From positions 101,122,001-101,186,000 of the forward strand of contig NC_043000.1 in the NCBI RefSeq assembly GCF_006345805.1: a DNA stretch of 64,000 nucleotides. The letters run 5' to 3'. Below the pieces are notes generated by a model that searched no databases, had not been told where the DNA came from, and saw only the letters and a list, made by a program, of their open reading frames with translations. Within the stretch, counting starts at the first letter, position 1. The number at the start of each line of letters is the position of its first letter. Positions 1 to 12,459 of the stretch are shown here, piece by piece. Source of the stretch: Octopus sinensis. Its lineage: Eukaryota. A program made the position numbers and the translations under genes.

Positions 1-60
1 CTCTTGGATTGGGAGCCCTGAAGCTTAAGCTTCATTAGTTTTATAGTAGATCCGCCACTG
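1..60. mobile_element. Probable terminus of a hAT-type MITE running off the window start
   Basis: Ends in AGATCCGCCACTG (reverse complement CAGTGGCGGATCT, a typical hAT-MITE terminus) and contains a perfect 16-bp palindrome TGAAGCTTAAGCTTCA (19-34). The other end is not in the window. Confidence 0.35.
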
Positions 61-545
61 ATCACGGGTCTAATCATGCTGTGCGTAATACATCCTCAAA
101 CAATTAATTTCAACTATCGTGTGAGCCCCTTTTTGTTTATAAATAGCGTTATTAAAACATCATTATGACTAGGGAGGTGAGAGAAGAGATAGAAAGGTGG
201 GTGTAAGATTTGCTCAGGGCGTTATGATATTTTTCTGTTGATATAACGAAGCACTTATAACCAACGATGGCCAGAGTTGAATTATCGTAACGATGGATGA
301 GCTATACAACCAACAGAATTCGTGATGTGTTATTTGGTCCACTGCATATAATTTAGCAGAAGAATGAAGATTTGCTGTTATTTTAAAGTTTATTTCTTGT
401 ATTATTTCCACGAATTAACACGCAGCACTTGTAAAATGGTATGCAACATTTTCCAAAGTAAACCAAGACACTTCATAACCTCATAGTTAAACACTGTGTA
501 TTATGCACTTTATTTCTCCAATTATTACATTGTAATAAATATGTG

Positions 546-670
546 TGGCAAAGGTAAAGAATACGTACATCCGGTGGTTAGGGGTTGAGTTTAGGGTTTA
601 GGGTTAGTTTTACAGTTAGGGTTTTTGTTACGTCGAAAACCAGTGGTATACGTATTCTTTACCTCTGCCA
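546..670. mobile_element. 125-bp MITE-like element with 22-bp terminal inverted repeats and internal TTAGGG-like units
   Basis: TGGCAAAGGTAAAGAATACGTA (546-567) matches the reverse complement of TACGTATTCTTTACCTCTGCCA (649-670) at 21/22; the interior has TTAGGG/TTTAGGG units. Confidence 0.55.
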
Positions 671-699
671 TATATTCTTTGTACTGTAGGTACAGAGCC

Positions 700-830
700 T
701 CAACTTTTGCGGGAGGAGACTAGTCAATTACATCGACCCTAGAACTCAACTGGTGCTTATTTATTGACCCCAATAGAATGAAAGGTAAAGTCGATCTCCA
801 TGGAATTTGAACCCAGAACGTAAACATTGT
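700..830 (-). mobile_element. Octopus-type SINE family A fragment (GGCGAGCTGGCAGAA.../GAGTTCAAATTCC family)
   Basis: Degenerate reverse-complement match to the better-preserved copies at 50423 and 61816 in this window. Confidence 0.55.
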
Positions 831-2574
831 GAAGTATATAATACATCTCACCAAAATGCAGAATCAATAGGGGTTCTGAGCTTGTTCCCTTTCTTTTCAA
901 ATAAGCTTTCCAGCATTTAAAAAAAATTTTTCCTTATTTTTTTCTGGGATTACTGTAGCATTACTCAGTTCTCACTCTAAGAAAACGTACTTAAAAAATT
1001 CAGTTTTGTACAAAATATGCAATAAATTGTTTATGAGTGAACACCAGAAGGCACTATATTTTTCTAGAATTAAAACAAAAATAGCACTTTTGCTATGTTA
1101 CAGTTAGTTTGTGAACTTAATTTATCAGTGCAGGAAAAATACTGTGACTTAGAACAGTTTGGGAAGGAGATGGATGGAATAGTAATTTTTGAAGATAAAA
1201 CACCCTGCATAAAATAGAAAGAAAATGTTAAAATTTATTCTTTCTGTGCTGCTCGGCACCAAATGAACCACAGACGGGTACTGGTCTGCAGTTTGTTATT
1301 TGGGGACCCTTGCATTAGTTGGATAACAACGGTTGGTCTTCGTATTTAATGTGCCACTTTCACTTAGTCAAACTTAAGCTAGAAGAATCTATTATGCTGC
1401 GTAGTGACCAGCTTGTTTGTCATACAGAATATTGTTTGCATAAATGAGTATTATTTTTCTGTGTTGGGTTTTGAAATAATAAAAAGAAAAAATTTCGATG
1501 AATAATTTCTGCCAGCGGGAGTGGTGGACATTTCAATTTTTATTTCAATGCATTAAACTGGTGATCCTTCACTTTCATAAATTTATAGCTCTTCAAAATG
1601 TTTAATGATGTTAAATATTTTGACTATATCATTGGTTTCACTCTATAGTTTGTAAAAAGATCATCACTTGAACACATAGTGGTCTGCTAGAAATGGCAGT
1701 CAAATCTCCCAATAACCACAGACTCTTCAGCTTAAAGAAGACCAACAAAATTAAATAAATTGACAAAATTGCAATCCATCAGAGGTAGTTAGGTGTCATA
1801 TCTGGATCCAAAAATTACATAAATTGATAAAATGTCAACACCAGAGTAGGTAGATATATTTTGTTTCCAGGAATTCACAAATTGACGAAATAAAACTGAC
1901 ATCGGATCTTCACCTTTTTGACCTACAGATTTAAAAATAATTTTTTGTAACTAAACACTTTCAAACTGGTAGAATGTGTTGTATAAAACATGTTTTACTC
2001 TTAGCATTTTTGAGAAAAACTTATATTTACGAAGTTATTTCACATTAAAGTAGTCCTATTTCGGTAATTTCAACCAATCAATGACGTGTATTCAGCTGAA
2101 TAAAATTACTGCTGTTGTTTGTCAACAACAACTATCGGCGGTGTATTTTTCGTTTGTCACTGTTATTTATGACATCGTTCGTGCGTGTGTACTGGTTTTA
2201 AGGTTTTAGATTGTGTGACATTCATGTCCTTCTCAAATACAGGAATGGCCTATAGCTCAATTGAAACTGAGTGAAGCAGTAGATAACTGTCATGCTTTGA
2301 ATCCAAGAATTAAATAAATTGATAGATGAAGAGTAGATAGCCATTATGCTTTGTGTCTAAGGATCAAATAAATTTACTTATGAAACTATGTTTTCATCCA
2401 GGGAAAATAGATGTACTTTGTATGCAAGAACAACATAAATTAATGAAATTAAAGTTATTCACTTACGGGTTGGTATAACTGTTTTGTATTCACAATTTAC
2501 ACAAATTGCCAAAATGAAATCACTGGCTACTTGGGGCAGACAGACATTTTGTATCTAAAAATAATTTAAATTGC

Positions 2575-2790
2575 TAAAATGAGCTGGCAGAACTGTTAGT
2601 ACACTGAACAAAATGATTAGTGATATTTCTCCCAGATTTTTATATGCTGAATTCAAATCCCATCCACATCAGCTTTGGCTTTTATCCACTTGGGGTTCAT
2701 AAAATGCAGTATCAGCCAAGTACTGAGGTAGATGTAATCAATTTGTACCCCCACCCACTCCTCAAAGATTGCTGTAGTGGACCGGTATCC
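2575..2790 (+). mobile_element. SINE family A, diverged copy
   Basis: GAGCTGGCAGAA...AATTCAAATCCC...CTTTGGCTTTTATCC motifs are colinear with the copy at 50423. Confidence 0.55.
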
Positions 2791-3211
2791 TGTTGTGATC
2801 TTGATCACTTACTATCGAAGCTGGGTAGTCAGCTCATAATTACTAGGACTGAAGGTGGAGGACAAAATTAGTAACTGGGGCAAAATGAGTAATTACCGAT
2901 TTTTTTTGTTTTCTCTTTATCTCGTTTTTGTATTTAGTTTGCAAGATTCTTTATGGGAATTAGTGTGTTTAAGCATATTTTATTGTTTGGGGAGAGTCAT
3001 TCTGTTTTAGTGCCTTATTGATTTAACACACCGATTTCCACTTATTTACTTATTCATTTTTACTGAAATGTTCGTTGCCACTCGCAACCTTTTTAATAGT
3101 CGTTGACTCTGTCCGTTATTAGAATTACGTTTTTTGTTGTGTGCGTCAGTGCTCGGGCGCATACATATGTGTGTATGTATGTATGTATGTATGTATGTAT
3201 GTGTGTGTGTA

Positions 3212-3254
<43 letters not shown>

Positions 3255-5691
3255 TCGTTGTCGTCATCATCGTTTAACGTCCGTTTTCCATGCTAGCATG
3301 GATTGGACGGTTCGACCGGCCCATGCTACCATGGAATATATATATATATGGATGCATGTGTGCACGTTTGTAAATATGTATGTACTCTGCATGTTTATGT
3401 GTATGCATGTATGTGTGTGTGTATGCATACGTATATATCTGCTTGAAATTTATTACATTTCAAATATTGCATTATCATTTTGTACTGTTGCATCATCTTT
3501 AGAAGTAAAAAATTGGTCAGCGTAGTTCTTGTTGAAGTTGAGAGTTTGGGACATAATCAGGTGATAGGTACTTCTTTTTTCAGGAAATGTTTCCTCCACT
3601 TTGACGCGAATGTAATTGAGGTTGCTAATAAAATATCCGGATAATTTTTGGTGTTTAACAATCAATATTTCTTTTTCTGTTGAATTCCAAGTCAACTTTA
3701 CTGCCACATTACTGTCTAATTTGATAATTAAAAATTACAAAACAGAAAAAAATGTCTAATTTGGGGCAAAATAAGTAATGACTAATTTCAATAATTTCTT
3801 CTCTTTAGCTGTATGGTAAGTGAATATATCAGGAAGTAAGATTTAGTTGAGGTTTGTTAATTTCATAAAGTGTGCCATTTTTCCACAATCCTCTTTCATT
3901 TGACCTAGATATGTTTAATTTTTGTTGCTCTTCTCATCTTTTTGATATCTAAGGATGGATATTGGTGTGTATGGAACTCTATAGAATTGAAGAGGCAAAT
4001 TTACCTTATTGTCTTAATTATTTTGCCCAGTTTTCTTTTATATGCTCAAAGAGAACGGAGATAATTTTCTGAAATAGAATCCTAAATAATGTTACAGTGT
4101 TTTGGCTGTCTTTAGGGAAAGTCGTTTGCTAAGATAATATAGCTTTTGTAAGGTTGTTAATATTTATAAAAAATAGATTTTTCTCAGTCAAAAATGCAGT
4201 AAGCATTACTCATTATACATATATAACCTCGATCTGGGGAACATCCTTAACTCCAGAATAGAGGGCTTCGGACCGTGCTTGCATTTCAGGATCACTTTGG
4301 CTATCAACTTCCAGGGTCACTGGAAGTTGATAGGAAGAGGGAATCAATCCCCTGTTGTTGAAACTGAGTAGCAAGGGCCTTTCTTCTTCCATATTCTAGA
4401 AAGGCCTTAAGCCAACACATTTTGCTTACTGATTCTGCCAGCTACCAACTTATGTTTAGTAATATATTAATATAGCACAGTGCAAAGTACAAGTCTGTAC
4501 AAGGTACCTGTAAACTAGTTTGGTGACCACGAGAATCTACTTTTCTGTCTCATGAATTAGTGTGGATTATAAAAAGCTCTTGTCCATCAGAGTATGGAAA
4601 GTTGGTCTTGTGTATGTGTTGTTACTTTGAAGCTGCTCCAAAGAAAACACCTAGTAAAGTTATCTCTGATACCCTGGGTAGTTTAATTATCTTTGTCTCA
4701 GATGATGTAAATTGTCAAAATGAAACTACTGTTCACCTTGGGTAGGGTAGATATTATATTTCATATCTCACATCCCAAATTTGCATAGACTGAGTAAAAA
4801 TTAAACCACCGTTCAACTAGGGTAGATAGATGTCCTGTTTTGTATCCACAAAATACATAAATTGCCAAAAAACAAAACCCATCGCTCATTCTGAGAGTTG
4901 GTAGATATGTTGTTTTGAATCCAAAAATTACATAATATGACAAAATTAAACTACTAGCCAACCTGGGGAGATAGATGGCATGTTTTTGTACACAAAAACT
5001 CTATAAAATAAAATGAAATGAAACTAATGGCTGAATTGGAGTGGGAGGGAATTCAATATATATTTTAATATCAGTTAAAACTGACAAGAATTTTTTGCTT
5101 TACGTAACATGTCTACCATTCCGCTGTGATATTTTGTTTCGATATCTTATTTATTTATTTTCTCATTATGTGTTCATTACAACAAGGAATATGATCAAGT
5201 AAAGACCAGGTTTTCCAACTAGATTTATGTATTAGTGAATCAGAAGAAACTTATAATTTTTTTTAGACATTTTACTTTGTTATTTGAAAATATAGACCAA
5301 ATAACTTCACTTGGAAAACTAAAAAATACATATAGATAAAACAAATATATAAATGGTAGAAGGAACAAATAAATAAATGCATAGAAATCAATGATGAAAT
5401 ATCATAAACTTAGGGAAATATTGGATTCTCTGGTTTCTAAAGCCCCACCCGCAATGTTTGAGTAAACAAATAAATGAAAATTTAATAAATTTCCTTGTCA
5501 GGCAAATACAGATATTGAAAATTTATTAATATACATACATACATGCTTACACACATTTATATATGTATATATAAACATGTATATTTGTCGTGACAAAACC
5601 ACTCCCAGGAAAACACCTTCAGGTAGTTAAGTCACCTCCAGTTTCTTAATATGAAATATATAAATATATATGAGTATGTGTGTGTGTGTGA

Positions 5692-6040
5692 AGGCACATG
5701 GCTCAGTGGTTAGAGCATTGAGCTTACAATCATGAGGTAGTGAGTTCGATTCCCAGACCGGGCTGCATGTTGTGTTCTTGAACAAGCCACTTTATTTCAC
5801 GTTGCTCCAGTTCACTCACTTGTAGAAATGAGTTGCGACATCACTGGTGCCAAGCTGTATTGGCCTTTGCCTTTCCCTTGTATAACATTGGTGGCGTGGA
5901 AAGGGGTGGATGCTATACATGGGAGACTGCTGGTCTTCCATAAAAACAACCCTAGGTTGTGCCAGTGAGGTGACTTTCTGCCCAGACTTCTACCCCAGAC
6001 TTTGGTGCATCCATGGGCATTTGTGACTGATGGATTTGAG
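5692..6040 (+). mobile_element. tRNA-headed SINE
   Basis: Pol III A-box TGGCTCAGTGG (5699-5709) and B-box GAGTTCGATTC (~5742-5752), followed by TGTGTTCTTGAACAAG...TTTCACGTTGCTCCAG shared with copies at 26.7 kb and 28.9 kb. Confidence 0.7.
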
Positions 6041-6177
6041 TTATATATATATATAATGTATATATGCATGTGTATATATAATATATATATATATTTGTGT
6101 ATATATATATTTATATGTATGCGTATATATATATATGTATATATATATGTATTTGTATATAAATATATGTATGTGTA

Positions 6178-6228
<51 letters not shown>

Positions 6229-6613
6229 ATATGTATGTATATATGTGTATATATATGTATGTCTATATATATATGTATGTGTATATATATATATATGTAT
6301 GTATATATATATATATATATATCTATATGTATATATATATATGTGTTTACATATGTATGTGTATATGTATATTTATGTGTATGTATATATGTATGTGTAT
6401 ATATATATGTGTGTGTGTGTATATATATATATATGTGTGTGTGTGTATATATATATATATTTATATGTGTATATATATATATATAAATTAGAAAAAAAAC
6501 AACCTATCAATTCAATAATGAAAAATTAAATTATACCATTTAGAAAAATTACATATTATAGAAAGATTAAATATAAAAATAATAAATAAAACGTATATAT
6601 GGGTTAGAATAAT

Positions 6614-6712
6614 GACATGTGTTTCGTGGCTATATTTAAGAAATGATAATAGTAAAAATAATAGTAGTAGTAGTAGTAAAATCACATCAGTATAAATATA
6701 GCCACTCTTCAG
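6614..6712 (-). ncRNA. Minimal type I hammerhead ribozyme (Penelope-associated type), copy 1
   Basis: Minus strand reads CTGAAGA-GTGGCTATATTTA-(54-nt loop)-TAAATATAGCCAC-GAAA-CACAT-GTC. This gives an intact CUGANGA and GAAA core, a perfect 13-bp stem II closed by G10.1-C11.1, a near-palindromic 3-bp stem III and a GUC cleavage triplet. Stem I is weak (C.A mismatch then 3 bp). Confidence 0.75.
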
Positions 6713-6785
6713 GTTAAAGATAACAAGAATAATAAAATAATTAATTAGATAAATTAATAAATATACGTAAAAGAAAAAAGAATAT

Positions 6786-6829
<44 letters not shown>

Positions 6830-7244
6830 GTGTGTGTGTGTGTGTGTGTATATGTATGTATATATGTGTATATATATGTATGTGTATATATATATGTGTG
6901 TGTGTATATGTATGTATATATATATGTATGTATATATATATATATATATATATCTATATGTATATATATATATGTGTTTACATATGTATGTGTATATGTA
7001 TATTTATGTGTATGTATATATGTATGTGTATATATATATGTGTGTGTGTGTATATATATATATATGTGTGTGTGTGTGTATATATATATATTTATATGTG
7101 TATATATATATATATAAATTAGAAAAAAAACAACCTATCAATTCAATAATGAAAAATTAAATTATACCATTTAGAAAAATTACATATTATAGAAAGATTA
7201 AATATAAAAATAATAAATAAAACGTATATATGGGTTAGAATAAT

Positions 7245-7340
7245 GACATGTGTTTCGTGGCTATATTTAAGAAATGATAATAGTAAAAATAATAGTAGTA
7301 GTAGTAAAATCACATCAGTATAAATATAGCCACTCTTCAG
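7245..7340 (-). ncRNA. Minimal type I hammerhead ribozyme, copy 2
   Basis: Identical core and stems to copy 1, with a 51-nt stem II loop; located 631 bp away in the second repeat unit. Confidence 0.72.
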
Positions 7341-7417
7341 GTTAAAGATAACAAGAATAATAAAATAATTAATTAGATAAATTAATAAATATACGTAAAA
7401 GAAAAAAGAATATATAA

Positions 7418-7461
<44 letters not shown>

Positions 7462-7639
7462 GATAAATATATAATATTATATGTAATATATATATATGTG
7501 TGTGTGGATGTATACACACCCATACCCCCCACACATACAAGCAAACACACACACACACACACGTACACTTTCAGATATACAGTATGTGATATCTATCTCC
7601 AAAATGACTCTCGTTCCCATTTCTGCTGTTGTCAATGTT

Positions 7640-7696
7640 CACTCGAAATTATTATTATTATTATTATTATTGCTGTTGTTGTTATTATTATTATTA

Positions 7697-7735
<39 letters not shown>

Positions 7736-7850
7736 CATCATCGTTATTATTATTATTGCTGTTGTTGTTATTATTATTATTATTATTATTGCTGCTGCTG
7801 CTGTTATTGTTATCCTTGTTGTCGTCGTCATCATCATCATCGTCACTATT
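7640..7850. repeat. Compound trinucleotide microsatellite (TAT/TGT/TGC/CAT)
   Basis: Directly visible triplet arrays; they explain the poly-L/Y/I/N ORFs. Confidence 0.95.
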
Positions 7851-8129
7851 TCCCATTCTGTTTTTTACTCTGTTCTGTCTCTTTTCCTTTCTCATCATCC
7901 GAACAACAAACAAGCTACGAAATAAAACCACAACCCCGCCCCACCCCACTCTCCAACCTCATCCCCTTCCTCACTTTCTATTCATCCTTTCAAAAGCTAC
8001 CAATTTGATTTGTCAGCTAGCAAAACATGGAATATGCTTAAAAGTATTCACTGTAGTTTGAAATTATTTTTTTTATTCTCTTTTTCTGTTTTATCCTATG
8101 TTGTTTTCAACTGCATTATGAGATTACAA

Positions 8130-8165
8130 CAGGTCTATACATACATACATACATACATACATACA

Positions 8166-8199
<34 letters not shown>

Positions 8200-8284
8200 C
8201 ATACATACATACATACATGCATACATACATGCATAGATACATACATACATGCATAGATACATACATACATGCATACATGCATAG

Positions 8285-8317
<33 letters not shown>

Positions 8318-8378
8318 GTCCTGAGAGAGAGAGGTATGCAGGTATATATAGACCTGTTGTAATCTATGTGTGTATGTA

Positions 8379-8413
<35 letters not shown>

Positions 8414-8666
8414 TTATGTAGGTTATATGTATATATATAATATATATATGTAGGTTTATATGTATATATAATATATATATGTATACTATATGTATATATT
8501 ATATATATATATATATTATATATATATGTATACTATATATATATTATATATATATGTATACTATATATATATATATATAAATGTATATATAATATATATA
8601 TATATATTATATATATGTATATATATATATATGTATGTATACTATATATATATATGTATATAAATG

Positions 8667-8705
<39 letters not shown>

Positions 8706-8742
8706 ACTATATATATATATGTATTTATAATATATATATATA

Positions 8743-8786
<44 letters not shown>

Positions 8787-9440
8787 GTATATATAATATA
8801 TATATGTATATATACACACACACATATATATTGTAATGCTATCAGTCTTGGCTTTGTGTTTGCCTCACACACACACACACATATGCACACACACACACAC
8901 ACACACACATGCATACAATAGTAGCAGAATTTCTAAATTACCTTGGTGTTTGATAAGCTCATACGTTAATGGTTATTTCTATATATTAGCAGGTATAGGG
9001 AGGCATTATACGCAGCTGACTTTGGCTGAACAAGCCATCAAACATGAAAAGCATAATAATGTTTATATCTGTACGTTTATTTATTTATTTACTTATTTAT
9101 TTATTTATTTATCATTATAGTTTCTGTATATTTTCATTTTGTTTACAATCATTCCATATATATATATATATTATATATATATATATATATTTATGTAGGT
9201 TTATATGTATATATATAATATATATATGTAGGTTTATATGTATATATAATATATATATGTATACTATATGTATATATTATATATATATGTATATATTATA
9301 TATATATGTATACTATATATATATATATATATATATGTATACTATATATATATATATAAATGTATATATAATATATATATCTATACTATATATGTGCATA
9401 TATTATATATGTATACTATATATATATATGTATATAAATG

Positions 9441-9479
<39 letters not shown>

Positions 9480-9527
9480 ACTATATATATGTATTTATAA
9501 TATATATATATATATACTATATATATA

Positions 9528-9569
<42 letters not shown>

Positions 9570-9932
9570 GTAATATATATATATGTATATATACACACAC
9601 ATATATATTGTAATGCTATCAGTCTTGGCTTTGTGTTTGCCTCACACACACACACACATATGCACACACACACACACACACACACATGCATACAATAGTA
9701 GCAGAATTTCTAAATTACCTTGGTGTTTGATAAGCTCATACGTTAATGGTTATTTCTATATATTAGCAGGTATAGGGAGGCATTATACGCAGCTGACTTT
9801 GGCTGAACAAGCCATCAAACATGAAAAGCATAATAATGTTTATATCTGTACGTTTATTTATTTATTTACTTATTTATTTATTTATTTATCATTATAGTTT
9901 CTGTATATTTTCATTTTGTTTACAATCATTCC

Positions 9933-9965
<33 letters not shown>
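8130..9965. repeat. (ATAC)n/(AT)n field containing a 777-bp direct tandem duplication
   Basis: The segment starting TTGTAATGCTATCAG at 8831 recurs at 9608, with an apparently identical ~330-bp non-(AT)n part. Confidence 0.9.
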
Positions 9966-10409
9966 TACATTACATTTATTTATGTATATGAGGGATGCTG
10001 TCATTTCGTCTGATCTACTCAGTTTGTCTTTTGTAAAGCTTTCATATGAACTGCCTGCTTCTCCTAGTCAGTGTGAAAACTCTCTGTCTTCGTCAGTATT
10101 TGTCTGAATTATAACGAATATGTCATGCCAAAATTTATGGTACCGCTGTTGGTTGCAGCCTCTTCAATTTTTTATCTATTTTTACTGAAATTGCTGTTGC
10201 AATGTAATGAAAAGAGATAAGCAGATCTGGATTCCTAAATTTGAAAAAAAAAATGGGAGGAAAAAAAAAAGAAGGAACATCTTTTGTAACACAAGCCATT
10301 TGTTGTTTGATTCTTGTGGATGAAAATCCCTGGTCCTAGACAACTTAATCAGACTTTTATATGGCAGTTCTTGATATTGTAGAGTCCCCTTGATATTGTA
10401 GAGCCATGA

Positions 10410-10800
10410 ACATCATCATCATCATCATCGTCGTTTAATGTCTGCTTTCCATGCTAGCATGGGTTGGGCAATTTGACTGAGGACTGGCAAACCAGATGGC
10501 TGCACCAGGCTCCAATCTGATCTGGCAGAGTTTCTATAGCTGGATGGCCTTCATAACGCCAACCACTCCGAGAGTGTAGTGGGTGCTTTCACATGCCACT
10601 GGCACTAGGGCCAGTCTGGTGGTACTGGCAATGACCTTGCTTGAATGTTTTTTCACGTGCCAGTAAAGTGATTCTGGTAACAATCATGGTGCTTTTTACA
10701 TGCCACCGGCACAGAAGCCAGTTAGCTGCTTTGGCAGTGATCACAGATAGTGCTCTTAGTGCTCCACTGGCACGGGTGCCAGTCATCGAATTTGCAAATT
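10410..10800 (+). mobile_element. SINE family C ((CAT)n-GTTTAA-TTTCCATGCTAGCATGG family)
   Basis: The same CATCATCATCGTTTAA...CCATGCTAGCATGGGTTGG...GGATG(C)CCTTC...GGGTGCTTT motif order recurs in more than ten places (e.g. 3260, 11430-11670 rc, 30060-30330 rc, 36770, 44730, 47150, 50750-51000 rc, 51580-51830 rc, 59760-59990 rc, 63405). Confidence 0.75.
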
Positions 10801-11940
10801 TGCTTTATGCTTGTGTTTTTGCATTTCTAACATGACATTATTTTTGTATGTCTTCCCATTTTTTTAAAATAAGACAGTAGGATGTAGGATATGTTTTGAG
10901 GAAGATTTGGCTGCTATTTCTATTAGCTCCTGAGAAGGGACGTGATTTAATAGTTAGGCAACTGAGTTATTAATCATGAAATTGTGGTTTGTTTTCCTGT
11001 CTGGAAAGTGCATTGGCACTTTACTTCAAATAGCCTCTATATATTCAGATGGTCAAAATGAGTATTAAGACTGATTGACAGAGCAACTGATCGATATCAG
11101 CATGAAGTTAACATAACAGCTTTAAAATATCAGTGATAAAACCAAAAGCCTTTAGGTACAAATTGAGATGAATTCATCAGTGAAATTCTATGTTCTATTA
11201 TCATAATTTTTAATATTCTCTTTTCCATGCTTATTTCGGTCAAATGGTATTTATTGAGGCAGATTTCATTTCATGTTGCTGCAGTCTGCTCTGCTGAAAA
11301 TGTTCCCCAGCTGACCACTGATCAGCTATACTTTTATAATTTCCACCTGTTATTCAGTATCCTAATCAGGAAAGGAATTCTAGCTATGACCACACCATCT
11401 CTTTCAGGCATGCTCTGTTTTTAAGATAAAATTATCCAATGCATGAAATGTCTTCATCTTGCAAGTTATTTGGTGAACCAACTGGTGTTGGTGCCACATA
11501 AAAAGCACCCAGCCCACTCTGTAAAGTGGTTGGCATTAGGAAGGGCATCCAGCAATAGAAACTTTCCCTAAGCAGGCAAGGGAGCCTGGTGCAGCTCTCC
11601 AGTTTACCTAGCTCCTGCCAAACTGTCCAGCCCATGCCAGCATTGGAAGGCAGATGTTAAGTGATGGTGATGATAGTAGAATGTTTTGGGGAAGTTTAGC
11701 TACTGTTTCTAGCATGTCAAGTGGCCACATATTGGCTTTCTTGTTTTTGCTACCATTTAGCCTCAGGTAAGTTCACCAAGCAGACATCCGATCATAAAGT
11801 ATTCCTTGCTACTCATTGTTTGATATACTATTGATGTGAATTCCTGTGCTGGCTTTTGTAGTTTATATGCATAACTTTCTTACATACAAATGCTTAGATA
11901 CACACATACACACATGCATATATTCATATGATCATTCATG

Positions 11941-11990
<50 letters not shown>

Positions 11991-12459
11991 TCATAAACAC
12001 TTAAAGAAGTGTGCTATTCATAAGGTTATTAATATATGCATATCGTAGCAACTGATTATAATGCATTATATACATAACGGCTTCTTAGAAGTAACAAAGT
12101 AAATATACAAGAACTCTAGGAACTGTTTCACCTCTGTCTTTTACACCCACTCCATTACTTTGCTGCTGCTCAGACTAATCATTTTACTACTGCCAGCTGT
12201 GTCAGAATTATAATAAAAATAAACAGAAAATCAAAGAGGACTGTTGTGTGACTAACTCATAAATCCTCTGGGAATTCCAAATATATTGATATATCATTGT
12301 TATTCTACTTTTTGCTTGCACTTTTTTTTTCTGAAAGCACTCGAGTCTTTTGAACTTAACAGGCCTGAAGAATGATATATTCTGTTTGTAAGCTGTCCAG
12401 CTAGGTAATCCTTAGATAATGACATGAAGATAAATTATTCCAAATATGGGAAAATCCTA

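Larger units (their letters stand above)
6041..7500. repeat. (AT)n/(GT)n microsatellite field containing a 631-bp direct tandem duplication
   Basis: The ~290-bp non-microsatellite segment starting TTAGAAAAAAAACAACC (~6488) recurs at ~7119; the copies differ by one TAG unit (5 vs 4). Confidence 0.9.

Noticed and set aside
575-625. TTAGGG units as a telomere or interstitial telomere array
   Set aside because: Only a few imperfect units, enclosed by TIRs; better explained as part of a mobile element.
5692-5765. tRNA-like sequence (also at 28915 and the heads of CORE-type SINEs)
   Set aside because: A- and B-boxes are present but there is no complete cloverleaf, and each is followed by a SINE body; these are SINE heads, not tRNA genes.
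10005-10100. Minus-strand CTGACGA...GAAA resembling a hammerhead
   Set aside because: The sequences flanking the putative stem II (AGAC and AGAC) are identical rather than complementary, and there is no stem III.
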